The notes: a model not told the origin generated them from the letters alone. A stretch of DNA of 64,000 nucleotides from an uncultured virus (IMG/VR IMGVR_UViG_3300046519_000252) (IMGVR_UViG_3300046519_000252), one strand, 5' to 3'; positions 38,572 through 49,833 are shown, counted from the first letter of the stretch. Numbers and translations are program-made.

Positions 38572-41358
38572 ATGGAGCAGAACCCCTTGTTCCTGATCGT
38601 TGCCTGCGACGACAGGTGGGGCCAGTACAAAGAGCTGCGCCTTCGGGCGGCCGACCTGGAAGACGCCCTGACCAGGATCAAACAGGACACTCGCTGGCGC
38701 CCCTCGTACAGGATCGTCGGCTGGCTGACAGAAGGAGAGTTCTGACCATGGCGAAGAAGGAATCCCTCAAGAAAGCCGTCGCCCTCCCTGAAGGCGGCCT
38801 GCAATGGTCCTGGAACGGCCTCGGGGAAGTCCGGCACACAGTCACCTGGGACGGGAAAACGGGCCAGTCAGTTTGGGTCGTCTGGCACGGCGAACTCCCC
38901 ATGCGGGCCGAACTGCCCTGGTTCCTGGTCAAGGCGCGCGGCGAGGTGCAGGAGAACATTCGGCATTTTCGCAACGCGCATCTTGATCGAATCCACGCCA
39001 ACAGGGCCCTGCACGCTGTAGGGATGCTGGCAGATCAACACTTCGACACGCCTGGATACTGCAACTGCTGGCGCTGCACCCCTGAGGAGACCTCGTGACG
39101 TCGCCTGAACAGTCCGATCTTGTGAAGATCGGCCGCGTCTACACCGGCCCGTACGGCTGGAAGTTCCGTATCGACGTGATCACCACCCACCCCGACCCTG
39201 CTGACGGGGAACCGATGGTTCTCGGCTGGAAGTTCTTCAACGGCTACTGGCAGGCTGCCTCTTACGGCCTGTCCGAGTGGCTGGGGATGGAAGACCACGA
39301 GTGGCTGCCTGAGGAGACCCCGTGAACACCCCCAAGAAGCCCGGCGGCATCCACGTCACCGAGGAAACCGTCTACAAGCTGATCCCCGACGCGGACGCCC
39401 TGGCTCTGGCCTGGATCAAGGCGTGGGCCGACAAGGTGCCCTCGGGCACTCAGATGATCTTGGCCAAGATGCGGTGCGCCCTGGCTGACGGGCCGTGTGG
39501 GTGCCCCGAGGACGCCTATACGTTCAAGTGCACGGGCCCGTACCCGCCGGTCCCTCTGGAGATCCTCATGGCCTGGGTTACCCCCCTGGAAAGCTCCCCG
39601 GGCCCTATCCCCGGTGTGGTGGAGGGCGTCATGCTCCCTGCGCCACAGGCTGTTGTGTCGGGCGGTCACGTGCGTGAAGTCCAGTTCGTGGGGCCGGGGA
39701 TGGCCCTGTATCTCAAGAAGATCTGAGGGGCGTCCCGTGCCTGACGAGAACACCCCTACCGGTAACCGGCCGGATTATCAGCATCCCGCCCACAAGGTCC
39801 CTCTGGGTTCCTGGACTGGGCAGCGTCACCAGAAACGGATCATCGGCTTCGAGCAGCGTGCTGAGATCCTGGAGAAGTTCCGGACCGCCCGCGAGGGCAA
39901 CCCGGCTCTCTCCAAGGCGGCGTTCGCCCGTGCTACGGCCCTCGACTACGGGGTATCCGCTTCCACCATCCTCGCTATCCTTGCTGGTTGAGACTGGAGA
40001 CCCCGTGACTCCCGGGTGCGAGCTGTTTGCCGGGTCCCTTCACGACGCCGACCCGCCGCCTGCTGCCGTACAGGTCATCCTCGAATGGATCACCGGTGAC
40101 GGCTCCATCAGGCACAGCACCAAGAACCTGTGCGCGGCCTGCTACGACGACAAGATGCGCGAGTTCACCGACACCGCCACCGAGGGCCGTTACAGCCTTA
40201 TCACCGTTATCCAGCGCTACCAGGAGACCCCGTGATCACGGAACAGCAGCTCGCCGAGTACAACGAGGCGATCATGACCTACCAGCACCACGTCCCTGTC
40301 GGATTCAACTGCTGCTCCGCACACCCTGCCGCAGAGGCCAGCATCCGCCTGTACGCCGAAGTCCTCCGGCTCCGCGCCGCTGTTACCGCCTACGAGACTG
40401 CCCGGGAGACCCCGTGAACCCCGTCGAGAACCCCCGTGACCGCATCCATTTCAGGTTCTGCCCTGACGACATGTGCAGGGTCCAGCACAACGCGCCCGGC
40501 GACCGCTGCAAGGATCTGGACGAGCTGCTCGATCAGGTCGCCGACCCCAACACCTCCCTTGTAGCCGCCTACCGGCAGCTCTTGGACATGCACATGGACA
40601 CGCTGCTCACTCACGGCCCCCAGGTAGCTCAGGGGCTTGCCCTGGCTATCACGAAGCTGGCTCCCCTGTTGCCTGCCGAAGGGGCCCCGTGGGTCGTGGC
40701 CTCTCCGTACCCCGACCCGATTCAGGAGACCCTGTGACGTCGCGTTGGCTCGTCTTCCACGTAGAGATCGAAACCGACACTGATGATCCGGCAGCTATCG
40801 CCGCGATCATCGACCACATCGACAGCCAGGTTTCCGGCCTACCACAGATGATCAAGGCCGACTGTGCCGACGGGATCGACACCGTGGCCTACCAGGCTGT
40901 TTCCATGCACGGCCAGGAAAGGGACGACTGATCATGGACGGCAACACACTGGAAGACGCCCGTGAACTGTTGGCGCGGTTCCAGGAGGTGATAACGGCTG
41001 CCGAGGCGGGCGGGAAGCCGGGTTGGGGTCCGTTCGCGGACATCGTGATCATGAAAGTAGAGGGGGAGTAATGAGCTGGGGAGGGCCGGGCGGGCTCACA
41101 GGAGACGCCGCCGTGCTGGAGGGGCAGGAACTCCAGGCTTATCTGGACGTCTGGATCGAGCAGGGGATTTTCCGGGAAGGGAAGGTCATCTGGGATCCGC
41201 AGGAGGGTCGCCACTGGGTGGAGGTCAGCCTCACTTCCGGGTTCTCCCGTCGGGAGTGGTCGGCAGAGGAGTTCCGCGCTTACATCCAGGGCGTGAAGGA
41301 CGCTACCCGGCATCACCGCAGGGAAAAGCCTGGGGTGGGCGACGGTGCCGGAGGGTAG
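38572..41358 (+). other. translationally coupled operon of small hypothetical genes
   Basis: ORFs 38572-38745, 38748-39098, 39095-39325, 39322-39726, 39737-39991, 40005-40235, 40232-40417, 40414-40737, 40734-40931, 40934-41071, 41071-41358; many joined by GGAGACCCyGTGA. Confidence 0.75.
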
Positions 41359-41518
41359 GCTATTTGGCGGACCCTTCGGGGTTCGTGACGGAGACAGGGA
41401 CGGCCGGACGTGTGGAAGCGTCCGGCCGTTTCGTTGTGTCTGGGTGTTGTGCCTCCTTCAATCCATGTGCTAGGGTAGATATATTGAAGCACAGGGACAC
41501 CAAACCGAGGAGACCCTC

Positions 41519-41659
41519 ATGTCGTACGCCACGATCCTCCGATTCGCCGCCGTCCTCGCCCTTATGGGCACGGGTCACTGGATCATCGCCCTGCTGGTCT
41601 GGGGAGTCGGCTACGGCGCCCAGAAGGCCCTGTACACCCACCTGATGAACAAGATCTGA
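41519..41659 (+). CDS. small membrane protein (46 aa)
   Basis: box plus GAGGAG; hydrophobic. Confidence 0.7.
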   Translation: MSYATILRFAAVLALMGTGHWIIALLVWGVGYGAQKALYTHLMNKI

Positions 41660-41795
41660 GAGGGGACCGTCATGGAACCGCGCACACCCTGCGAGGAGTA
41701 CGGCCACGACTACGAGACCGATCCTGAGGACATCCTGCTCCACGTTTGCACTGAGCCTGGCTGCGGCGACTGGTACCGAGACTGAGGAGCATTCC

Positions 41796-41996
41796 GTGTC
41801 TACGCCCTCTTACAAGATCACCTGGACTGTCGGTCTGCTTTTTCGCCGCACCGTTCGCCGGACCCTCCTGCGGGACAGTGTCAGGTTCTCCGAGGACAAG
41901 AGCCTTGTGGACTCTCTGTTCATTATCCGGCCGACCTCCCGGGCGCAGTACGACGCCCTGATGGCCTGGATGCGCCGCGTATCCGAAACCAACTGA
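41796..41996 (+). CDS. hypothetical protein, paralogue of 46517..46714
   Basis: GAGGAG RBS. Confidence 0.75.
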   Translation: MSTPSYKITWTVGLLFRRTVRRTLLRDSVRFSEDKSLVDSLFIIRPTSRAQYDALMAWMRRVSETN

Positions 41997-42005
41997 GGAG
42001 CCCTG

Positions 42006-42233
42006 ATGAACGAGAGCCCCCTTTACTTCCAGAGCATCCACCCGGTGGGTGTGGTCTTGTTCCGCTCCAGCCGTCTTCACAGGCGCCGTATCCACACGCA
42101 CCTCCAGGCTCTCGGCTTCATGTACATGAGTGCTCTTTGGTGGGTCCTGTGGGTCGATTTCATCGTGTGGCCCCCCACTCATGCCGAAGCTGTTGAACTT
42201 CAGGACTGGCTGCGGGGCCTCGGCGTCTCCTAA
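42006..42233 (+). CDS. hypothetical protein
   Basis: GAGGAG RBS. Confidence 0.65.
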   Translation: MNESPLYFQSIHPVGVVLFRSSRLHRRRIHTHLQALGFMYMSALWWVLWVDFIVWPPTHAEAVELQDWLRGLGVS

Positions 42234-42325
42234 TCCTCTGCCCGAACCCCCTGTCGACACCGGCAGGGGGGTTTTTCATGTGCTAGGGTAGATAAATACC
42301 AGGCGCACCGTGTGCCTGGATACAA

Positions 42326-42499
42326 ATGGGGTGCGGAATGCGCGGTCTGTGGTGGGTTCTTGCTGTAGCGCTGTACATACTGGCGCTCGGAGGGGTAATG
42401 GCCGGACTGCACGGGGACTTGTTCTCTTTCCTCATCGCGGCCGGACTCGCCGGATGGGGCTGGGCCTGCCAGAAGAAGGCCACCCGGACACCCAAGTAG
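42326..42499 (+). CDS. small two-TM membrane protein (57 aa)
   Basis: after box at 42284; LWWVLAVALYILALGG..LFSFLIAAGLAGWGW. Confidence 0.55.
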   Translation: MGCGMRGLWWVLAVALYILALGGVMAGLHGDLFSFLIAAGLAGWGWACQKKATRTPK

Positions 42500-42601
42500 T
42501 CGCAGCGGCCAGTACCAGAGGAACCCCCGTCCGATCGGACGGGGGTTTTCTGTCGCACAGATAAGGGTCTATTTACCCAAAGTAGGACATAGGATTCATA
42601 T

Positions 42602-42871
42602 ATGAAGATCGGTATGGGATGGGGCTCCGACCAGGTAGGCCACGCCTGGGGAGAATTCCCCACCGTAGAGGCGGCAGCACAGGTGTTCCAGGGTTTTCTG
42701 CGTCGCATCCGGACTCGCTGGGTCCCCGGCTTCATGGGGGACCCGTTGGTGCGGGACGGCAAGCGGCTGTTGATCCGCATGTGTACCGACGGCGTGCGTG
42801 CGGTGCAGCAAGGCAAGCCGTGGCGTGCGCAGATCGGCGATGTGTGGGTGTCGTTGTTTCCCCGACAGTAG
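42602..42871 (+). CDS. hypothetical protein, probably leaderless
   Basis: TAGGAT 6 nt before ATG. Confidence 0.55.
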   Translation: MKIGMGWGSDQVGHAWGEFPTVEAAAQVFQGFLRRIRTRWVPGFMGDPLVRDGKRLLIRMCTDGVRAVQQGKPWRAQIGDVWVSLFPRQ

Positions 42872-42948
42872 GGGTGTTGTGGGATCTACAGGGAACATGC
42901 TAGGGTAGATACATCAGCTCAGGGGAACACCAAACCAAGGAGACTCCC

Positions 42949-43137
42949 ATGGAAGCCGTCAACAAGATCGCCACGCACCTGCTGTTCGTCGACAACGACC
43001 CCGAGATGATGGACCACGGCAAGCAGCGCGTAGCTGAGCAGTTCGCCCGGAAGGCCGGTCTCCAGGGCCTGGGCATCGAATACCCCGAGCTGGTGGCTCG
43101 CGCCCGCGCTCACGTCCGTGAGAACCTGATGGGCTGA
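42949..43137 (+). CDS. cassette hypothetical protein
   Basis: box plus AAGGAG. Confidence 0.8.
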   Translation: MEAVNKIATHLLFVDNDPEMMDHGKQRVAEQFARKAGLQGLGIEYPELVARARAHVRENLMG

Positions 43138-43265
43138 TTGTCAGATGTACCGAGGGGGCCGGGAAACCGGCCCTTTCGGCGTTTCCGGGGGTGTTGTGGG
43201 CCCTCACCTCATGTGCTAGGGTAGATATATCAGCAGGGAACACCACACCAGGGGAGATCTCAAAA

Positions 43266-43694
43266 ATGACCGTCAAGGCCTTTTACTCCGGCACCTACAC
43301 CCCCGACACCCAGGTCTACTACTGGCTGGTCAACAAGGACGGACGGGATCTCATGATCACCCGTCGCCGGGCCGCTGAAATCCAGAACGACCCCTCCCTC
43401 CCGTACGGCTGGACGGTCGAACGCCGCATGGTCACCAAGATGGTCGCGGCCTGCCCCTGGTGTGGCGCACGTCCCGTCCAGTGGGAAATGGACTGCGACG
43501 GGTGGGCCAGCACGGGCACGTGCGGAAGCAAGCAATGTAACCGACTCCGCCGATGTGAGGGCTGCGGAACGGACGGCACCGCCCGCATCGGCAGTGTCCG
43601 GGGCCATCTCTGCCTGAGCTGCAACGAGACGGCCCGTCAGAACAACCTGGAAGCCGCCCGCGACCGGTACGAGCTGGTCCCGAGTACCTGGTAG
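43266..43694 (+). CDS. Cys-rich zinc-finger protein
   Basis: box plus RBS; CPWC, CxxxxC, CEGC, CLSC. Confidence 0.75.
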   Translation: MTVKAFYSGTYTPDTQVYYWLVNKDGRDLMITRRRAAEIQNDPSLPYGWTVERRMVTKMVAACPWCGARPVQWEMDCDGWASTGTCGSKQCNRLRRCEGCGTDGTARIGSVRGHLCLSCNETARQNNLEAARDRYELVPSTW

Positions 43695-43709
43695 GCCCTT
43701 GAGCACACA

Positions 43710-43746
43710 GAAAAGCCCCGACTCCTCCAGGGAGCCGGGGCTTTCT
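43710..43746. terminator. bidirectional terminator where the two arms converge
   Basis: GAAAAGCCCCG..CGGGGCTTTC. Confidence 0.75.
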
Positions 43747-43754
43747 CGTATGCC

Positions 43755-44300
43755 CTACTCGGGGCCTGTAGAGCCGCCTGCGCGGCTCTGTCCCCACTCG
43801 ACGACCTCCGGGGACTCCGGAATGGATCCGATGCGCATCACGGGTGGAACGAACGGGTACAGCTTGCCGGTCACGTTTTGCCGGACAGCCATGTGCATCG
43901 CCTGGAGGGCCGTCCGCAGCGACGAATCCATCTTCTGTCCGTGCATCCGCTCCCAGACCGTCACAGCCCGCTTGAACAGGGCCGCCCACCTGCCGGTGCT
44001 GATGTGGGCGGCGCACGCCTTGCACGCCGACCAGTCTTCCCCGGACATGTGCTGTGACTGTCCGGGGAGGGGGAAGTCCTTCACGGGCAGGATGAACGAT
44101 GCTTCGTCGTCCTGGTTGCAGAAGTCGCACCGGTACAGCGGCTTCACTTCGTCCTGCTCCACGGGTACAGGCGCGTGTCCTCCGGCGTCCTGGAGGCCGT
44201 GTACCCATTCCTGCCGGGTGCCGTCGTCGCTTTCGAGCAGGGAGAGGATGCGGCGGCATACAGCGCATACTTTTGCCCGGCCGGGTCGGGTGTCGCCCAT
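43755..44300 (-). CDS. zinc-finger hypothetical protein
   Basis: GAGGAG RBS; CAVC, CDFC, WSACKAC. Confidence 0.75.
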   Translation of the reverse strand: MGDTRPGRAKVCAVCRRILSLLESDDGTRQEWVHGLQDAGGHAPVPVEQDEVKPLYRCDFCNQDDEASFILPVKDFPLPGQSQHMSGEDWSACKACAAHISTGRWAALFKRAVTVWERMHGQKMDSSLRTALQAMHMAVRQNVTGKLYPFVPPVMRIGSIPESPEVVEWGQSRAGGSTGPE

Positions 44301-44553
44301 GAGATCTCCTCGGGTGGTTGGTCCCTGTTGCCATCGTAACAGGGTAGATAATTCTTCGTTTGCGCCGTTCGTGCACCAGATCTACGGTGAAATCACAAGA
44401 CTCCGGGCTAACCCGGACGACATACCTCGTAACCACCACAGGGAAGGCCCGTACACGCCTCACATTGCCGCCGTACGGGCCTTCCCACTGTCAGCCGCTG
44501 CCTCGGTGAACGCGACAGGGCGCAGCCGAAGCTACGCCCTGTCTGGGGGTTGA

Positions 44554-44799
44554 TCAGTAGTCGTACCTGGATCCGATCTTGACGACGGACCCGTTGGAGT
44601 TGACGTGGCGCTGGAACACGCGCTCCGCCTCGTTCTTCTCGTGCTCGAAGAGGGCGAGGAGTTCGATGACGGTCAGGTCCGGGTTCTTTTCGAGCGCCGC
44701 CCGGGTGGTGTTGGTCGCGTAGGTGCGGGACATCACCCAGGAGTCTTCGAAGGTGCGCTGGGGGGACTTGAAGCCTTTTCCGTCCATGCCGTCTTCCAC
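44554..44799 (-). CDS. cassette hypothetical protein
   Basis: box at 44834 plus AAGGAG. Confidence 0.75.
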   Translation of the reverse strand: MEDGMDGKGFKSPQRTFEDSWVMSRTYATNTTRAALEKNPDLTVIELLALFEHEKNEAERVFQRHVNSNGSVVKIGSRYDY

Positions 44800-44946
44800 G
44801 GGAGTCTCCTTGATGTTGGTGTCTCACTGATATATCTACCCTAGCACGTTCCTTGAAGGTTAGGCAACCATCTCCTCGGGTGGGGAGCAGCAAAGAGGGG
44901 GATCGGGCTGGAGACAGCAGCCCGATCCCCCGTCGCGGTACCGCGT

Positions 44947-45717
44947 CTAGTTCACGCGGAAACCACCCTGGTTCATGGCGTACTGAAGAAAGCCCAGCCA
45001 CTTCAGCCAGTAGTCGCGGCCCTGCTCGCTGATTCCCGCCTTTTCCAGGGCGGCCTTAACGGTTTCGCCGGTGTGGGTGCGGTAGGTGGTGAGGGCCGCG
45101 TCGATTTGAGCGGGCGAGACAACCCACCCGTCGTTACTGCTGAAGCATTCACTGTAGATGCCGGTGACGGGGGTGGGAGTCCAGGTCAGCTTGCGAATCA
45201 TCGCGTCCGCATAGTCCGAGATGGTCTTGCGGACGGGGAGGGTGGTGTCGGTGGCCTGCTGTCCACCGGAGAGGGCGATCAGACGGTTGTCGATCTCCGC
45301 GTAAACGGCTTCCCAGTCGTCGTCTCCGATGGTGTCGGACTCGGGCCACTCGGGCGGAGTCTGATCGATGCTGCGGGTCTGGAGCATCCCCAGCAGGCCC
45401 ATGGCGGTGTGGTAGCGGCCCATGCCGCCGATGTTGAGCCGGAAGGTGGTCCGGTCTGCGGCAATCAGGGCTTCGTACGCATCATTTACGGCGTCCTGGG
45501 CTTCGATGTAGCGCTGGGTACGGCCGGGGTACAGCTCGTGAGCCTCCCAGTCGAGTCCCTTTTCTTCCTGGGCGCGCTTGACGTCGAACTGTCCGGACTC
45601 TTCCTTGGGCAGGCTGTCCCGGACCTTGACGGCGGCGAAGAACGTCTTGCTGGTCTCGTTGTAGGCGGCCGTCTCGACTGCGGTCATCGGCTGGACGGTG
45701 CGGAAGTCGTAGCCCAC
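44947..45717 (-). CDS. hypothetical phage protein
   Basis: GAGGAG before GTG 45717; MGYDF start, GGFRVN end. Confidence 0.75.
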   Translation of the reverse strand: MGYDFRTVQPMTAVETAAYNETSKTFFAAVKVRDSLPKEESGQFDVKRAQEEKGLDWEAHELYPGRTQRYIEAQDAVNDAYEALIAADRTTFRLNIGGMGRYHTAMGLLGMLQTRSIDQTPPEWPESDTIGDDDWEAVYAEIDNRLIALSGGQQATDTTLPVRKTISDYADAMIRKLTWTPTPVTGIYSECFSSNDGWVVSPAQIDAALTTYRTHTGETVKAALEKAGISEQGRDYWLKWLGFLQYAMNQGGFRVN

Positions 45718-45824
45718 GGGGTCTCCTCGGTGTTGGGTTGGTAGGGCAGAGCATATCAACATTCTAGGGTAGATACAACAAATGAGGGGTAGCTGTTACG
45801 GCTACCCCTCATCCTGCAACCCCT

Positions 45825-46103
45825 TCAGTCCTCCCGGAGGATCTCCCCAGGCTCAAGCCGGTAGATGAAGCCCTTGGAGACGGCGTAAACGAGGCCGTCC
45901 CGGTATTCCTGCACCCGCCCTGTGATGCGGACCCCTTCGTACATGAAGGCCACGGTGTGTCCGATCTTCCGCAGGCAGTAGATCTTGGTGGTCAGGGCGT
46001 CCAGGGCGCGGACGGCGACAGGATCGAGGATCGGGCCCTCGGCCAGGTCGCGGTATCCGGCGATGGCGTCGTCCAGCATTTCCAGCTCTTGGGGAGTGAA
46101 CAC
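45825..46103 (-). CDS. cassette hypothetical protein
   Basis: box plus GAGGAG. Confidence 0.75.
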   Translation of the reverse strand: MFTPQELEMLDDAIAGYRDLAEGPILDPVAVRALDALTTKIYCLRKIGHTVAFMYEGVRITGRVQEYRDGLVYAVSKGFIYRLEPGEILRED

Positions 46104-46209
46104 GGGAGTCTCCTCGGTTCGGTGTCTCTTGATGTATCTACCCTAGCACATAAGGAAGGAAAGGGGAACCCCGCCTGATCGGATCAGACGGGGTCAGGAG
46201 ACCTTTCGG

Positions 46210-46428
46210 TCACTTTCTCCACTCGTACCCGGCTCTTTTCATATCCTGCCGGAAATTCTTCAGGGCATAGTGGCAACTGGGGCTCAGGGCCATCGTGGCG
46301 ACGCGTACACCGTCCTTTCGGATGGTGTAGTGGCTCGTTCGGGGGTTTTTGATGACCTCTATGCCCTGGTTTCGTCCCCAAGATCCCTCCAGCTCGCGGA
46401 GGATCACACGGACTTCTTTGCTCGACAT
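46210..46428 (-). CDS. HicA-like toxin/RNase-fold protein
   Basis: TSHYTI..VATMALSPS..ALKNFRQDMKRAG resembles actinophage HicA-like proteins. Confidence 0.6.
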   Translation of the reverse strand: MSSKEVRVILRELEGSWGRNQGIEVIKNPRTSHYTIRKDGVRVATMALSPSCHYALKNFRQDMKRAGYEWRK

Positions 46429-46516
46429 GACAGTCTCCTCTGTGGTGCAGGTATATCTACCCTAGCACTCATGGTAGGATCCGACTACCACTTTCACACA
46501 ACAAGGAGTTTCCGTC

Positions 46517-46714
46517 ATGTACGAGATCACTTTTACAGTCGGCCTCCGCTACCGGGGAGGCGTCCGGCGGCAGCTGCGCGACCTCGGCTTGGACTACACC
46601 GAGGCCCGGAGCCTGCTGGACTCACTGATCACGATACGCACGGACTGCCGGGAGCTGTACGAGATCCTGGCAGACGAGATCCACGAGACCGCTGCGAGCA
46701 GGGCCCTCAGATAA
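46517..46714 (+). CDS. hypothetical protein, paralogue of 41796..41996
   Basis: AAGGAG RBS; divergent from the HicA-like gene. Confidence 0.7.
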   Translation: MYEITFTVGLRYRGGVRRQLRDLGLDYTEARSLLDSLITIRTDCRELYEILADEIHETAASRALR

Positions 46715-46979
46715 CCCTGAACGCAAACGGCCCGATCACAGGAATTGTGATCGGGCCGTTTTTCTGTTCCTGCAACAAATCCTGCACACCCTCCAGAACA
46801 GACAGAACGGCCCTCAGGAGCGCCTGGAACCCCCGGGCAGGTCCCGATACCCCGGAGAGATCCCGGGAGCCCTGTAAAACGCCGTCCAGAGCGGCTACGG
46901 TGAGGCCTGCCCTCGGAGGGCACAAACCGCTGACACCGTCGCCGGAACTAGGGTGTCGCGGGCCCTTCCGAGGGCACCC

Positions 46980-49184
46980 TCATGTCTGCGGGCTGTCGGC
47001 GGGTACCGGGTCGGTCGGGCAGCCGCAGCCCCAGTTGTGGGTCTCCGGGGTCGGACAGTGGACGTCGTGCTCGATCCCGGCGTCGCAAGCGGGGCAGTCG
47101 GTGGCCACCGGTTTCTCCGGGGTGAGCTGCACGGAGGCCCCGCAGTCGCAACGCTGGTCCCCATGCCAGGGGTCGCCGTCGCACTCCGGCACCCATTCCA
47201 GGGTCACCGGGATGGCTTCCATGGTCACGAGGTCGTGCCAGTCGCCCCACGAGCTGGGAGGCTGCTTGCCGCAGGCGGCGTGAACCAACTGGGCCTGCCC
47301 CTCCTCGATCTCCAGCTGGTAGCGGTTGTCTCCGGGAGGGCACGTGCAGCCGGTCTCTTCGTACTCCGGTTCGTCGGAGGGGTCGACGGGTTCGAAGAAG
47401 TTCAGGGTGTCCATGGGGTGATCTCCGGATCGATCTCGTCGGCGGCCTCATTGCAGTCGTCCATGTGGTCATCGGTGTAGTCGCGGAGCCGTTCCGAGTT
47501 ACGGATTGTCTCCGCCAGCTCGTGGGCGAAGGCGTCGATACGGGCACTCGCTTTCTCGGAACGTTCGGGGGAGTGAGGGCCGCCAGCCATCAGGGCCGCG
47601 TACAGGTCTGCCCTAGCGCTCACGGGGTTTCCTCCGGGTCGGGCCGGTCCGTCTCACAGATCAGGCAGACGCGTCGGTGGTTTTCCTTGCTGCACACCGG
47701 GCAGATCCACGCCGGGCCGATCCCGAGTTCCGCTTCCAGTACCTTCACGCGGGCTTCCGCGTTGTTCGCGCGCTGGAGAACCTTGCTGTAGACCGACCAG
47801 AGGACCGGCCGCTCCTTGCCGTCGGCGTACCGCTGCACTTCTTCCATCAGCGCGTTGTTTTTCTCATCAGCCCGCCGCAGCCCTTCCTTGTAGCGGGTGC
47901 GGTGGTTCTCCAGGGCGGCCACGGCGTTTGCGCTTGCCCGCCGCTCCAGTTCCTTGAGCATGTTCCGAGAGCCGTCGATGGCGCGGGCGAGGATCGCGTT
48001 CCTCAGCTGGTCCGACGTGTACGAGACTTCGCAGGTGACCTCCTGCTCACAGAGGCTGTGATCGCCTTCCTCGTGCGCCCACTCCCTCTCGTGCCGATCA
48101 CACGGTTCTCCGCCGTCCTCGCACGGGAATTCATCGCAAGGGGTCGGCTTCGGTGCCCCCTCGGCCTCTGTATCCGCCTGTTCGGCGTCTGCGACCGCTA
48201 TCACGGCGGAAACCAGATCAGCGGGGCAGGTGCCACCCGTAACGGCGTCCATGGCCGCTGCGTACCGCTGCCACCGGGTGGTAGGCGTCTGAGCCCGGTT
48301 GGCCTCACTGAGGACGTCGATACCACAGCCCCGGTAGGAGCAGGTACACCGCAGGGCCGACGCTTCCACGTCCGAGACGGTGACCCGCTTCCAGTCAAAG
48401 GGGGATTGCAGGCCCTCGGGGGCGTGCTTCAGGCACCGGAGCATGTGAGGCGACACCCAAGAGCGGTAGCCCACCAGGCGGCTTCCGTCCCCGGTCAGGA
48501 GAGACGGCGTGTAGATCTTTCCGCCGTCTCCGTACACGGTCCGCCCCTGCTGAAGGTGCCAGACGTCCGCGAAGCCGAGCGGCCCTCCCTGGCAGTCCAT
48601 CAGTGGAGGGCAAACCTTGTCCGCTCCGGGCTTGTTCAGGCAGAGGCAGCGGTGCCAGCACTTTGACTTGTGGCTGACGGCTCCGTCGCATTCGGCGCCG
48701 GGGGCGTGCTGTGGGTGCTGGCAGTTCGGGCAGAGGTCTTTCATGCCGGGTCTCCTCCGGAGTCAGCGCGGACGGCGTCGATGATGATCTTCCGCATTTT
48801 CGGTGTCATCTTGGGGTGGAAGGCGAAGAGGATCCGTACGCCGATTTCCCCGTTCTCGGTGGGGATGTCAACGGTGTCGGCATGGGGTTCCAGACCGTCG
48901 GCTCCGAGGTTGACGGCCCAGTCGGATACGTCGGCTGCCCTCGTGAGTAGGGTGTCGATGCTGCGCTGCGCCGCCTCGAAGTCTTCTTGGGGGAGATGGC
49001 TCCAAGCACGGCTCATCTCCAGCGGTTCGCCGGTCTCCGGCTCCAAGTCGACGACTGTGGAAGGGATCGGCGTACCGTCCATCTGCTCTCCGATGCCCAT
49101 GAAGTCCGGGTCTTCCGTGAGCGTGATGTGCTGCCGGGCGGCTTCGGCGCGGAGGTCGGCGTCGGTGTACGGCTGTTCAGTCAT
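46980..49184 (-). other. coupled operon of hypothetical phage genes
   Basis: ORFs 48741-49184, 47620-48744 (Cys-rich, C-terminal zinc finger), 47402-47623, 46980-47414. Confidence 0.7.
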
Positions 49185-49260
49185 CGTTTATCTCCTGGTG
49201 GTATGAGGACGGCCGTCCCGCCACTGGACGAGACGGCCGTTTTGCCGGGTGCGGTGGGTG

Positions 49261-49725
49261 TCAGAGGGACCCTGCGATCAGGTCCAGAGCGCTGTTCGCT
49301 GCCGCCCGCCGTTCGGTGGGGGTCATAGGCACGATGACCCCCAGCATTTTTGCGGCGGTGAGGTCTTCGGTGTCCTGGTTGACTCCGGCGTTGGCGATTT
49401 TCCGGAATTCTTGCGAGGCGAACCCTGGGGTGTCGGGGTTCAGCAGTGACGACGGGAGCCCGCCACCTGTTACCTCGGCCACGGCGATGCATGCCACGCT
49501 CACCATCCGGGCTGTGGTTACGGGGTCTTCTGCCAGAAGGGTCAGCAGCGGGTCTTGACAGGTGGTGCATCCGTCGAGGGCGGCCCCGATGAGGTCCGCG
49601 AGGAGTCCGCCGTTTACCGGCAGTCCTCCGAAGTCGTTGGTGTCGTGGTCGAATCCGGTGCTGTGGTCGTGCGTGACGGGTTCGGGGCGTTCCCGGCGGG
49701 GCTTGCTCGGCTTCTGCCGTCCCAT
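49261..49725 (-). CDS. hypothetical protein
   Basis: GGAG RBS; CTTC. Confidence 0.7.
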   Translation of the reverse strand: MGRQKPSKPRRERPEPVTHDHSTGFDHDTNDFGGLPVNGGLLADLIGAALDGCTTCQDPLLTLLAEDPVTTARMVSVACIAVAEVTGGGLPSSLLNPDTPGFASQEFRKIANAGVNQDTEDLTAAKMLGVIVPMTPTERRAAANSALDLIAGSL

Positions 49726-49833
49726 GGGTTTCTCCAGGTTTCTGGGGGTTGTTGGGGCGGTCTGAGGCTATCGGGCGGGTCTGACACGCCCCGAACCCGC
49801 CGCGTGCTGCGACGGGTTCGGTGTGGGGGAGGG

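Larger units (their letters stand above)
30366..43746 (+). other. array of terminator-promoter-RBS small-gene cassettes (right-facing arm)
   Basis: 14 box promoters from 30369 to 43217 with related leaders; many preceded by related terminators. Confidence 0.85.

Noticed and set aside
30366..43300. CRISPR array or integron attC array
   Set aside because: Repeats are degenerate promoter/terminator modules spaced by whole genes. There are no constant-length spacers, no cas operon and no tyrosine integrase in the window.
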